NCBI GenBank assembly: GCA_965649225.1
Contig: CBFGJX010000008.1
Span: 21,512 to 85,511 of the forward strand
Reading direction: 5' to 3'
Source of the DNA: a candidate division WOR-3 bacterium
GTDB lineage: Bacteria > Hydrothermota > Tepidihabitantia > Tepidihabitantales > Tepidihabitantaceae
DNA length: 64,000 nt
The position numbers and the translations under genes are program-made. Position 1 is the stretch's first letter. Each line of letters starts with the position of its first letter. Positions 54,295-63,629 of this stretch are shown piece after piece. The notes below the pieces were generated by a model, which had not been told where the DNA came from, ran no database searches, and worked only from the letters and a program-made list of their open reading frames with translations.

Positions 54295-55610
54295 ACCGTC
54301 CGCTGGTATTTGCGCTCGCCGGTTTCTGGCTGCTGGGGGCGGTTGCGCTGCTGTTGCTGCCCGGGCTCAGGCAACTGGGCCCGGCGCCACTGCTGGTCTG
54401 GCTGGCGCTGGGCGCCGTTGCCGGGCTGCTGCAATTGCTGGTTACCGACCGGCGGCTGGCTGAGTTTGTGCGGGCATTCCGGCGGGTGGGCGAAGGCGAC
54501 TTTTCGGTCCGACTGGAACCGGGGTCACACCGGCTGCTGCGCGAGCTGGCCCGGGCGTTCAACGACTCGGCGTTCCGCACCGGTGAGATGGTGCATCGGC
54601 TGGAGGCGCAGCGCGAGATGCTGGACAGCGTCATCGCGGCGATGGATGACGGAGTTCTGGTCGTTGACCGGCTCGGGCGCATCACGCTGGCCAATGCGGC
54701 ATTCCGCCGGCTCTGCGGCCGCGATGATGTCGATAACCGGTTTCACTGGGAAGCGGTGCGGGAGCCGGAACTGGCCGAGGCACTGCGGACGGCCGGCACG
54801 GTCGAGAGCGCGCAACCGCGGCGGATGGAAGTCGGCGGCCGGGTCTGGCTCTGTCGCGCGGCCCGGCTGGAGCGTACCAGCAGCGTGCTGGTGACTTTTC
54901 ACGACATCACCGACATCGAAAAGACCGTGCAGATGAAGCGCGAGTTCGTGCGCAACGTCGCCCATGAACTGCGCACGCCGCTGGCGGCGATCAAAGGTTT
55001 CGTCGAAACGATGGAGGAGAACGTCAGCCCGCCGAACCGGCGGCCGCTGGAGATTATCGGGCGCCATACCGACCGGCTGGTGCGGCTGGTGCAGGACCTG
55101 GCGCTGCTGGCCGAGGTGGAGGAGGGCCAGTCGGCCGGCCGGGAGCTGGAGCCGGTTGAGCTGGCCGATGTTGTCCAGTCGGTGGTGGCGCTGTTTGAGG
55201 CGCGGGCGCGCGAACGCGGCATCACCCTGACAGTCAGCGCCGAAGCCGGGCTGCCGCCGGTGCCAGCCGACCGTTACCGGCTGGAACAGGTTTTCGTCAA
55301 TCTGGTTGACAATGCCTTGAACTACACCGAACGCGGCGGCACGGTGACGGTCCGGCTGCGCCGTGACGACGGCCGGGTAGCGGTTGATGTCGCCGACACC
55401 GGCATCGGCATCGAGCGCCGGCATCTGAGCCGGATTTTCGAACGTTTCTATGTCGCTGACAAATCGCGGTCACGTCAGGCCGGGGGCACCGGGCTCGGGC
55501 TGGCAATCGTCAAGCACATCGTCGCGCTCTATGGCGGCGAGGTGACGGTACAGAGCGAACCCGGGGTGGGTTCGACTTTCACGGTCCGGCTGCCGACCGT
55601 GGCGGTTTGA
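54291..55610 (+). CDS. phoR: Sensor histidine kinase, PhoR-like (TM-HAMP-PAS-HisKA-HATPase)
   Basis: GTG overlaps the phoB stop (GTGA). H-box NVAHELRTPL. The N, G1 and G2 boxes are …DNALNYT…DTGIGI…GGTGLGL…. Confidence 0.8.
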   Translation: MNRPLVFALAGFWLLGAVALLLLPGLRQLGPAPLLVWLALGAVAGLLQLLVTDRRLAEFVRAFRRVGEGDFSVRLEPGSHRLLRELARAFNDSAFRTGEMVHRLEAQREMLDSVIAAMDDGVLVVDRLGRITLANAAFRRLCGRDDVDNRFHWEAVREPELAEALRTAGTVESAQPRRMEVGGRVWLCRAARLERTSSVLVTFHDITDIEKTVQMKREFVRNVAHELRTPLAAIKGFVETMEENVSPPNRRPLEIIGRHTDRLVRLVQDLALLAEVEEGQSAGRELEPVELADVVQSVVALFEARARERGITLTVSAEAGLPPVPADRYRLEQVFVNLVDNALNYTERGGTVTVRLRRDDGRVAVDVADTGIGIERRHLSRIFERFYVADKSRSRQAGGTGLGLAIVKHIVALYGGEVTVQSEPGVGSTFTVRLPTVAV

Positions 55611-55643
55611 CGCCGGACCGCTGGTCCTCTATCATATCGCTCT

Positions 55644-56588
55644 ATGGCTGACAGACCGACGGCAGTGCTGGCGATCGGCGGCAATTCGCTGATCCGCACC
55701 AAGGACAAGAGTTCTTTTGCCGACCAGCTCGAGACGGTGACCGAAACCAGCCGACACATTGCCGCGCTGGTCGAGTCGGGCTGGGAAGTCGTTGTCACCC
55801 ACGGCAACGGACCGCAGGTCGGTTTTCTGCTGCTGCGTTCTCATCTTTCTCGCCAGCGGCTGCCAGAGATTCCTCTCGATGCCTGCAATGCCCTGACTCA
55901 GGCCGAGGTCGGCTACATGATTCAGCAGGCGCTCGGCAACGAGCTGCGGCGGCGCGGGATCGACAAAGGGGTGGCAACGGTTGTCACTCAGGTGATCGTC
56001 GACCCGTCCGATCCGGCCTTTGGCGAGCCGTCGAAGCCGGTGGGACCATTCTACACCAAGGCGGAGGCGAACCGGCTGGTCAAGGAGCTCGGCTGGCATG
56101 TCCGTGAGGACGCCGGTCGGGGTTTTCGCCGGATGGTGGCGTCACCGCGCCCGCAAAGAGTGGTCGAGCGCGACCAGATCGTGCGGTTACTGGAGAGCGG
56201 TACCGTGGTCGTGGCCTGCGGCGGGGGCGGGATTCCGGTGGTCGAGACCGCGGCCGGCCTGCGCGGAGTGGCGGCAGTGATTGACAAGGACCTGGCTTCA
56301 AGCCTGCTGGCGGGTGCAATCGGTGCCCGGCGGCTGGTGATTACCACGGCGGTCGATGCCGTGTATCTGAACTGGGGACAACCGGAACAGAAGCAGCTTG
56401 GGCGGGTGCGGGCGGCCGAGATGGAACGTTACGCCGCCGCAGGCCATTTCGCCCCGGGCAGTATGGGACCGAAGGTCGAGGCGGCGCTGGACTTTCTTGC
56501 CCGCGGCGGCGAGGAAACGATTATCACCGACCCCGAGCACCTGCCAGCGGCGATGGCGGGCCGGGCCGGTACGATCATCACTGCCTAG
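55644..56588 (+). CDS. arcC: Carbamate kinase
   Basis: AVLAIGGNSL…VTHGNGPQVG…VACGGGGIPV are carbamate-kinase family motifs. Confidence 0.85.
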   Translation: MADRPTAVLAIGGNSLIRTKDKSSFADQLETVTETSRHIAALVESGWEVVVTHGNGPQVGFLLLRSHLSRQRLPEIPLDACNALTQAEVGYMIQQALGNELRRRGIDKGVATVVTQVIVDPSDPAFGEPSKPVGPFYTKAEANRLVKELGWHVREDAGRGFRRMVASPRPQRVVERDQIVRLLESGTVVVACGGGGIPVVETAAGLRGVAAVIDKDLASSLLAGAIGARRLVITTAVDAVYLNWGQPEQKQLGRVRAAEMERYAAAGHFAPGSMGPKVEAALDFLARGGEETIITDPEHLPAAMAGRAGTIITA

Positions 56589-56607
56589 TCACAAACCGGG
56601 AGCAGCG

Positions 56608-57897
56608 TTGTTGAGACACAATCAGCCGGTTCGCCAGCCGAAAGTGCGCACCGCCGGCGTAGTGGCAGCGCTGCTGTTGCTGGCCGGGCTGGCACTGGCG
56701 CAGGAGATGGTGCTGATTCCGATGGACCTGACGCAGACTGACCATCTGAAAGCCTACGGCGTCGCCTGGCGGCTGCTGCAGCGTGGCAATACGGTTGAAT
56801 GGCTGCTCAACTACCGGGGCGGGTCGTTCCTGTTTCGCTACGACCAGCAAGCGGTTGAGGAATGCCGGCTCAACGGTGTTCTCTGCCGGACAGTCGGTCC
56901 GGCCGAGCTGGCTGGCATTCGTTCGACCATCGAGGCCGGCAATATGGAGTCGGTGCTGTTGGAGCGGGCGACCCGGCTGGCAGTGTACGTGCCGCCGACC
57001 GCCGATCCGTGGGACGATGCGGTGCGGCTGGTACTGGATTATGCCGGCATCAAGTATGACCGACTGTGGGATGACGAAGTGCTGGCCGGCCGGCTGAGTG
57101 AGTACGACTGGTTGCACCTGCATCACGAGGATTTCACCGGTCAGTTTGGCAAGTTCTATGCCGGTTACCGGCAGGAGCAGTGGTATCAGCAGGAAGTGGC
57201 AATCAACCGGCGCTCGGCGGCAAAGCATGGCTTCAACAAGGTCAGCCGGTTGAAGCTGGCGGTGCTGGAACAGGTGCGGCGCTATGTCGCTGAGGGCGGG
57301 ATGCTGTTTGCAATGTGCTCGGCAACCGACACGCCGGATATCGCCTGGGCCGCGCGCAATACCGATATCTGCGCCGCGGTCTTCGACGGCGACCCGGTTG
57401 ATCCCGACTATGCCGCCAAGCTGAACTACGAGGGTTGTTTCGCGTTCGAGAATTTTTCGGTGGTTACCGATCCGCTGGTTTACGAGCATTCCGACATCGA
57501 TACCTATCTCGAGGCCACTGCCCGCGGGCCGGACGTGTACTTTTCGCTCTTTGACTTTTCGGCCAAGTATGACCCGGTGCCGACGATGCTGGTGCAGAAC
57601 CACGTCGGACTGGTGAAAGAATTTCTCGGCCAGAACTGCGGGTTTCGTCGCAGCCGGCTGAAGCCGGATGTGCTGGTGCTGGGCGAAATCGCCAACACCG
57701 AGGAAGTGAAGTATATCCACGGCAAGTTCGGCACCGGCACGTTCACTTTCCTCGGCGGCCACGACCCGGAAGACTACGCACACCGGATTCATGACAAGCC
57801 GACCGAGCCGGGGCTGCACCGCAATTCCCCCGGTTATCGACTGATACTGAACAACGTGCTGTTCCCGGCGGCGGAGCAGAAGAAACTGAAGACCTGA
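56608..57897 (+). CDS. Secreted hypothetical protein (about 429 aa)
   Basis: TTG at 56608/56611 after GGGAG. An N-terminal hydrophobic signal (TAGVVAALLLLAGLALA). The internal …DWLHLHHEDFTGQFG… resembles a class-I-glutamine-amidotransferase-like/ThuA-like fold, but I cannot assign it. The ORF-track N-terminus (56398) overlaps arcC and is spurious. Confidence 0.45.
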   Translation: MLRHNQPVRQPKVRTAGVVAALLLLAGLALAQEMVLIPMDLTQTDHLKAYGVAWRLLQRGNTVEWLLNYRGGSFLFRYDQQAVEECRLNGVLCRTVGPAELAGIRSTIEAGNMESVLLERATRLAVYVPPTADPWDDAVRLVLDYAGIKYDRLWDDEVLAGRLSEYDWLHLHHEDFTGQFGKFYAGYRQEQWYQQEVAINRRSAAKHGFNKVSRLKLAVLEQVRRYVAEGGMLFAMCSATDTPDIAWAARNTDICAAVFDGDPVDPDYAAKLNYEGCFAFENFSVVTDPLVYEHSDIDTYLEATARGPDVYFSLFDFSAKYDPVPTMLVQNHVGLVKEFLGQNCGFRRSRLKPDVLVLGEIANTEEVKYIHGKFGTGTFTFLGGHDPEDYAHRIHDKPTEPGLHRNSPGYRLILNNVLFPAAEQKKLKT

Positions 57898-57904
57898 CCG
57901 AGCA

Positions 57905-58798
57905 GTGAAATCGCATCCCGATTGCTTTGACTGTGCGCTCAGGCAGTGCCGGCGGATTGCCGAGCTGGCGGGCGGCGATGCGACCGTTGCCGACCGGGTG
58001 GCCGCCTATGTCGCCGCCGGCGCGCGCGGTCTGAACCAGGACGACCCGCCCAGTACCTATACTTCGCATATGCTGCTGGCCGCGATGGAGCTGCTGGATG
58101 AGCCTGACCCGTTTGCCGAGATGAAGCGACAGCAGAATCAGGTTGCGGCAGTGGTGGCAGCCCGGTTTGACCGTGAGCTGGACCGTCAACCGGAACCGCT
58201 GCGGGCGGCGCTGGAGCTGGCGGCCGCGGGCAATGTACTGGATTCAGGGCCGCGGCGGAGTTTCAGCCTCGACGCGGCGCTGGCCGAACTGAGTTTTGCC
58301 CACGACGACACGGCACAGTTGTTGGCCGCGCTGGCCAGGGCGCGACGGGTGATGTATATTCTCGACAACGCCGGCGAGGTGATGTTTGACCGGCTGGTGC
58401 TCAAACGTCTGCCGCGGGTCGAACTGACCATCGTCGCCCGCAGCAGCCCGATACTCAATGACGTGACGGTTGACGAGGCAAGAGAGCTGGGACTGAGTGA
58501 TTACGGCCGGGTGATCGGCACCGGTTCGCGCCTGCTCGGTATCGACTTCGGTACGGTGTCGGATGAGTTCAGGGCGGCCTATGCTGCTGCGGATGTCGTA
58601 ATCGCCAAGGGCCATGCCAACTTCGAGTCACTGGTTGACGATGGCCGGGACGGCTGGTATCTGCTCAGGGCCAAGTGCGAGTATGTTGCAGAGCGGCTGA
58701 GGGTCGAGCCGGGTCAGGCGGTGTGCATCTATTCGGCGGGCAGACAATCGGCCACCGGAGTCTTGGGTTCGGCGGCTGGTACGCCGGAAGGCAGGTAG
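57905..58798 (+). CDS. DUF89 (ARMT1-like damage-control phosphatase) family protein
   Basis: CFDC…C at the N-terminus. The core YILDNAGEVMFD and IAKGHANFE match the DUF89 metal-site motifs. Confidence 0.7.
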   Translation: MKSHPDCFDCALRQCRRIAELAGGDATVADRVAAYVAAGARGLNQDDPPSTYTSHMLLAAMELLDEPDPFAEMKRQQNQVAAVVAARFDRELDRQPEPLRAALELAAAGNVLDSGPRRSFSLDAALAELSFAHDDTAQLLAALARARRVMYILDNAGEVMFDRLVLKRLPRVELTIVARSSPILNDVTVDEARELGLSDYGRVIGTGSRLLGIDFGTVSDEFRAAYAAADVVIAKGHANFESLVDDGRDGWYLLRAKCEYVAERLRVEPGQAVCIYSAGRQSATGVLGSAAGTPEGR

Positions 58799-58802
58799 TC
58801 GG

Positions 58803-59057
58803 ATGTGCCTGGCGGTTCCAACCCGGATTGTTTCAGTCAAGGGCGACATGGCAGTTGGCGAGGTCGGCGGGGTCGAGCGTGACATTTCAATCGTGCTCAC
58901 TCCCGACGTCAAACCCGGCGATTACGTGATTGTTCATGCCGGCTTCGCCATCCAGACGATTGATCAGTCGGAGGCCCGGGAGAATCTCGATATCCTGCGG
59001 CAGCTGGCGGCGGCAGCCGCGGCGCGGCAGAGAGCGGTTCGCCGCCGGCGCGATTAG
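58803..59057 (+). CDS. hypC: [NiFe]-hydrogenase maturation chaperone HypC/HybG/HupF family
   Basis: N-terminal MCLAVPTRIV is the invariant MC(L/I)A(I/V)P motif. The 84 aa have a Pro/Ala-rich C-terminal extension. Confidence 0.8.
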   Translation: MCLAVPTRIVSVKGDMAVGEVGGVERDISIVLTPDVKPGDYVIVHAGFAIQTIDQSEARENLDILRQLAAAAAARQRAVRRRRD

Positions 59058-60157
59058 GCGCGGCGTTCCCCGAAACTGACAACCAGTTCGATGATGCGGT
59101 CGACCGCAGCGTCGGCAAGACTGGCGCGGACAGGCAGATTCAGGACCGCGCGGGCGGCCTGCTCGGTGACAGGCAGCGAGCCGGGTGCAAGCCCGATGGC
59201 CGGCTCGAGATGACAGGGGTAGTCGTAGTAGCTTGCGGTTTCGACGCCGTTCTCGCGCAGGTATGCGCGCAGGGCGTCGCGTTCGGTGGTGAGCAGGGCA
59301 TACTGGTGGCGGTTGGAAACGACCTCGGGCGGCAGAGCGAGCGTGCGGAAGCGGCCCGAGAACGCGGCATCATAGCGGGCGGCGATGGCACGGCGACGCT
59401 CGTTCTCGGTCGCGACCGCGCGCAGCCGCTCGCGCAGGAAAGCGGCCTGCAAGTCACCAAGCCGGGAGCTGTAGCCAATCGAAGCGTAGCGGCCAGACGA
59501 ATCAATGCCGTGACGGCGCAGGCTGTCGATGCGCGGGGCCAGTTCGGGCCGGTTGGCCACCACGGCACCGGCGTCGCCCAGCGCGGCGAGGTTCTTGGTC
59601 GGGTAGAAACTGAACGCCGCGATGTCGCCGAACGAGCCGAGGCGCCGACCGCGCCACTGCGAGCCGATGGCCTGACAGGAATCTTCGACCAGCGCGATGC
59701 CGCGGTCCTTGCAGAGCGCGATGATTTCATCCAGCCCGGTGCAATGGCCGTACAGCTCGACCAGCAGGACCGCCCGGGTATGCGGCGAAAGCACCGGTTC
59801 GATTGTCGCGGCGGTGATGCAGAGCGTGGCCGGGTCGATGTCGGCGAACACCGGCCGGGCGCCGACGCGCAGAATCGACTCGGGCGTGGCGAAGAAGGTG
59901 AACCCGGTGGTGATGACTTCGTCGCCGGGGCCGATGCCCAGCGCCATCAGCGCCATCACCAGGGCGTCGGTGCCGGTGTTGACGCCGAAGACCGGGCCGG
60001 AACCAAGATACCAGGCCAGCTCGCGTTCGAACGCGGCCGCCTCGGGCCCGAACACGAACTTGCCCGAGTCGAGCACGCGGCCGAACGCAGCCTCGAGCGC
60101 GGCCCGGTCGCGGGCGGTGTCGCCGGCGACGTCGGAGAAGCGAATGAGGTCAGGCAC
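59054..60157 (-). CDS. DegT/DnrJ/EryC1/StrS-family PLP-dependent sugar aminotransferase
   Basis: …GFTFFATPESI…, a lysine-containing …FSFYPTKNLAALGDAGAV… segment, and typical length. Confidence 0.8.
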   Translation of the reverse strand: MPDLIRFSDVAGDTARDRAALEAAFGRVLDSGKFVFGPEAAAFERELAWYLGSGPVFGVNTGTDALVMALMALGIGPGDEVITTGFTFFATPESILRVGARPVFADIDPATLCITAATIEPVLSPHTRAVLLVELYGHCTGLDEIIALCKDRGIALVEDSCQAIGSQWRGRRLGSFGDIAAFSFYPTKNLAALGDAGAVVANRPELAPRIDSLRRHGIDSSGRYASIGYSSRLGDLQAAFLRERLRAVATENERRRAIAARYDAAFSGRFRTLALPPEVVSNRHQYALLTTERDALRAYLRENGVETASYYDYPCHLEPAIGLAPGSLPVTEQAARAVLNLPVRASLADAAVDRIIELVVSFGERRA

Positions 60158-60247
60158 GGTTCAGGATAGGCGCGCGGCGAAGGGAGTCAAAGGGGGCAAC
60201 CGGCAGCGAAAGGAGATAACCGCCCGTAACGAGCGCCGGCAGTTGGC

Positions 60248-62314
60248 TTGACCGCCCGGGGTGGTGTTCTAGAATTGGCCGTGGACGATTCCCCGAAGAA
60301 ATTCAGACTCGTCGCGTCCTACGAACCGGCCGGCGACCAGCCGGCGGCCATCGAGCGGCTGGTCGAGTTTCTGCAGCCCGGGGCGAAGTTCTCGACCCTG
60401 CTCGGGGTGACCGGGTCGGGCAAGACGTTCACGATGGCCAACGTCATCGCGCGGTTGAACCGGCCGACGATCGTCATCTCGCACAACAAGACACTCGCGG
60501 CCCAGCTCTACGGCGAGTTCAAGGGATTCTTTCCGGAGAACGCGGTCGAGTATTTCGTGTCCTACTATGACTACTACCAGCCCGAGGCGTATGTGCCCGA
60601 GCACGACCTCTACGTCGAAAAGGACGCCAGCATCAACGAGGAGATTGAGCGGCTGCGCCTGCGCGCGACCTCGAGCCTCATCGAGCGGCGCGATGTCGTG
60701 GTCGTGGCGTCGGTGTCGTGCATCTACAATCTGGGCGAGCCCTGGGAGTTCCGTGATTCGCTTTTCCCGATCGAGCTGGGGCGGGACCTGGACCGCGAAC
60801 GGCTGCTGGAACAGCTCGTCAAGCTGCAGTACACCCGCAACGACTTCGAGCTGAAGCGGGCGACGTTCCGCGTGCGCGGGGATACCGTCGAGTTGCACCC
60901 GTCGCACCGCGACTACGGCATCCGGGTCGAGTTTGACGGTGACCAGGTCGGGCGGATTTCGATATTCGACGTGCTGACCGGTGACACGATCGAGCGGATG
61001 CCGCGGATAGTCGTCTATCCGGCCAAGCAGTTCGTGACGACGGACGAACAGATCAGAGCGGCAAGCGTGACGATTGAAGAGGAGCTCGCGCAGCGGGTCG
61101 CGGAACTGGAAGCTCAGGGGAAACTGCTGGAAGCCCAGCGGTTGAAGACGCGCACCCGGTTCGACCTCGAGATGATGCAGGAATTCGGCTACTGCCCGGG
61201 TATCGAGAACTACTCACGCCACCTGCTGGGCAAGGCGCCGGGTGAGCGGCCCTACACGCTGCTGGACTATTTCCCGGCCGACTATCTGATGATTATCGAC
61301 GAATCGCACGTCACCGTGCCGCAGGTGCAGGGAATGTACAACGGCGATCGCGCCCGGAAACAGACGCTGGTGGATTATGGTTTCCGGCTGCCGTCGTGCC
61401 TGGACAACCGGCCGCTGCGATTCGATGAGTTCGAGACACTGATCAACCAGGCCGTTTTCACCTCGGCCACGCCCGGGCCGTACGAGGTGCTGCGGTCGCA
61501 GGAGCGGGTGGCCGAGCTGGTGGTGCGGCCGACCGGGCTGGTTGACCCGAAGATGACGGTGCGGCCAACCGCCGGTCAGGTTGATGACCTGATCGGCGAA
61601 ATCAGAAAGCGGGTGGCGCGCGGCGAGCGGACGCTGGTAACGACACTGACCAAGCGGATGGCCGAGGACCTTGCCGAGTATCTGACCGAGATGGGTGTCC
61701 GGGTGCGCTATCTGCATTCGGAAATCGATGCCATCGAACGGGTCGAGATACTGCGCGGTCTGCGGCTGGGCGAATTCGACGTGCTGGTCGGCATCAATCT
61801 GCTGCGCGAGGGGCTGGACCTGCCCGAGGTTTCGCTGGTCGCGATTCTCGATGCCGACAAGGAAGGGTTCCTGCGCGACGAGCGTTCGATCATTCAGACC
61901 GCCGGCCGGGCCGCGCGCAATGTCCGGGGCGAGGTGATTCTTTATGCCGACCATCTGACCGGGTCAATGCGCCGGGCCCTGCGCGAGACCGAGCGTCGGC
62001 GGCAGAAGCAGCTTGCCTATAACGAGGCGCACGGGATTGAACCGAAGTCAATCAGCAAGTCGGTTGACGAGGTGCGATTGACGACGGCAGTGGCCGATGC
62101 CCACGCGGTTGAGTTGCCACAGGAAACCGAGCCGGACACCACTGAAGACAGGCTGTCGTTGCTGGCCCGGCTGCAGCGGGAGATGGAGCGGGCGGCGGAG
62201 GCGCTCGAGTTCGAACAGGCAGCGAAGCTGCGTGACCGCATTCGTCAGCTGCGGCAGGAGCTGGACGAGGAAGATATCAAACGCAGCCGTCGGCGCCGGA
62301 TGAAAAGAAGGTAG
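60248..62314 (+). CDS. uvrB: Excinuclease ABC subunit B (UvrB)
   Basis: [15 protein letters not shown], the β-hairpin region [10 protein letters not shown], helicase motifs, and the C-terminal UVR domain ([14 protein letters not shown]). The true start is possibly the GTG/TTG near 60275-60284. Confidence 0.9.
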   Translation: MTARGGVLELAVDDSPKKFRLVASYEPAGDQPAAIERLVEFLQPGAKFSTLLGVTGSGKTFTMANVIARLNRPTIVISHNKTLAAQLYGEFKGFFPENAVEYFVSYYDYYQPEAYVPEHDLYVEKDASINEEIERLRLRATSSLIERRDVVVVASVSCIYNLGEPWEFRDSLFPIELGRDLDRERLLEQLVKLQYTRNDFELKRATFRVRGDTVELHPSHRDYGIRVEFDGDQVGRISIFDVLTGDTIERMPRIVVYPAKQFVTTDEQIRAASVTIEEELAQRVAELEAQGKLLEAQRLKTRTRFDLEMMQEFGYCPGIENYSRHLLGKAPGERPYTLLDYFPADYLMIIDESHVTVPQVQGMYNGDRARKQTLVDYGFRLPSCLDNRPLRFDEFETLINQAVFTSATPGPYEVLRSQERVAELVVRPTGLVDPKMTVRPTAGQVDDLIGEIRKRVARGERTLVTTLTKRMAEDLAEYLTEMGVRVRYLHSEIDAIERVEILRGLRLGEFDVLVGINLLREGLDLPEVSLVAILDADKEGFLRDERSIIQTAGRAARNVRGEVILYADHLTGSMRRALRETERRRQKQLAYNEAHGIEPKSISKSVDEVRLTTAVADAHAVELPQETEPDTTEDRLSLLARLQREMERAAEALEFEQAAKLRDRIRQLRQELDEEDIKRSRRRRMKRR

Positions 62315-63424
62315 CTAGCGGCGGAAGAGGTTCTGGGCGACGCCGCCCCAGAATCCGGGCACGCGCATCGCCTTCACCGGGCAAATTTCGGCACAACAAT
62401 AGCAGCGGATGCACCGGGTCCGGTCGATGACCGGCAGGGGCGACATTGTGATGGCTTTGGCCGGGCAGTTGTCGGCGCAGCGGCGGCACTTGATGCACAC
62501 GCGCTTCTGCACGGCTGGCCAGCGGCGCATCAGCAGGTAGACCCAGCGAATCGGGCCGGACATCGCGCGCAGAATGCGGCGTGTGGGCAGGCGGAATCCC
62601 GGTATCGGCGCGAAGTCGCCCACCACCTCGACGTCGCCGGGCGCAATCGGGCCCAAACCCCGCTCGGCCGCGATGCGGACCATCGGAATCGTTTCGGGCG
62701 CGACCCCGGCCATGCGGGCCAGCACCGAATCGACCGCGACCGGATTGGCGCCGGCGATGAGCTTGCCGATGGCCAGCACCCGGCCGCCGCTGGGGCCGTT
62801 CTGGCCGTCCATCCCGCGTTGGGCGTCGACGATGGTCAGCACCGGCACGGGCACGGCCTGGTAGATGTCGATGAGCAGTTCCGCGAAGTCGAACGGGTCG
62901 GGCGCAAGTGTGTGCAGATGGCCTTTCTGCCCACCCGGGACAATGCCGAAGAGGTTCTTGACCGCGCCGGTGAGCAGGGTGAGCGCGTGGGTCTTGAACA
63001 CCGGCAGATTGACGATGACGTCGACCTCGGTCAGAATGCGCGAGACGTGGACTTCCGGCACGAAGCGGGAGTTGAGCCTGAGCGGCACCGGCGTGCGCGA
63101 GATGTCGCGGAAACTGTCGGGGCAGGCCGCGGGCACGCCGGTTTTCGCGATGTAGTCGGCGACGCTGCCGTGGAGCGCGCCGCCCGGGTTGTCCGCGACC
63201 CAGACCTCGGCCGCACCGCGTCGGCGCAGTCCGGCGACGACCAGACGGACGAGCTCGGGGTCGGTCGTGACCGAGGCCTCGGGTCGGTGCGGGGCGAGCA
63301 GGTTGGGCTTGACCCAGACCCGTCTGTCCTTGAAGTCGTAGCCGAGGAAATCGAGCGCCTCTTCAACTGCGGCCGCGAGGTCGCCGATCCGACGTACCAG
63401 AACACGGGCAGCAGGCGGGTTCAC
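62315..63424 (-). CDS. DUF362-domain protein with a C-terminal 2×[4Fe-4S] ferredoxin domain
   Basis: A DUF362-like core (…WVKPNLL…VNLPVFKTH…) and C-terminal CIKCRRCADNCP…CIRCYCCAEICP. Confidence 0.7.
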   Translation of the reverse strand: MNPPAARVLVRRIGDLAAAVEEALDFLGYDFKDRRVWVKPNLLAPHRPEASVTTDPELVRLVVAGLRRRGAAEVWVADNPGGALHGSVADYIAKTGVPAACPDSFRDISRTPVPLRLNSRFVPEVHVSRILTEVDVIVNLPVFKTHALTLLTGAVKNLFGIVPGGQKGHLHTLAPDPFDFAELLIDIYQAVPVPVLTIVDAQRGMDGQNGPSGGRVLAIGKLIAGANPVAVDSVLARMAGVAPETIPMVRIAAERGLGPIAPGDVEVVGDFAPIPGFRLPTRRILRAMSGPIRWVYLLMRRWPAVQKRVCIKCRRCADNCPAKAITMSPLPVIDRTRCIRCYCCAEICPVKAMRVPGFWGGVAQNLFRR

Positions 63425-63440
63425 TGGCTGGCGATAGTGG

Positions 63441-63626
63441 TCAGCGGCCCGGAATGATGTAGAGGATATTGGCCGGCGAGATGTCGGCGTTGCTCATTGC
63501 CGATTTCTCCTCCGGAATGCCGGGTACGTCATTGAACTTGACATCGACGGCTCGAATCATTCCTTCCTTCAGAGTGTAGGCGGTGCAGCTGACAGTGCCA
63601 CCGGATTTGAGATGGATGACGGGCAT
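63441..63626 (-). CDS. Small (61 aa) hypothetical protein downstream of the DUF362 gene
   Basis: ATG is preceded by AAAGGAG at an 8-nt spacing. GC3-rich codons. Confidence 0.4.
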   Translation of the reverse strand: MPVIHLKSGGTVSCTAYTLKEGMIRAVDVKFNDVPGIPEEKSAMSNADISPANILYIIPGR

Positions 63627-63629
63627 GGT

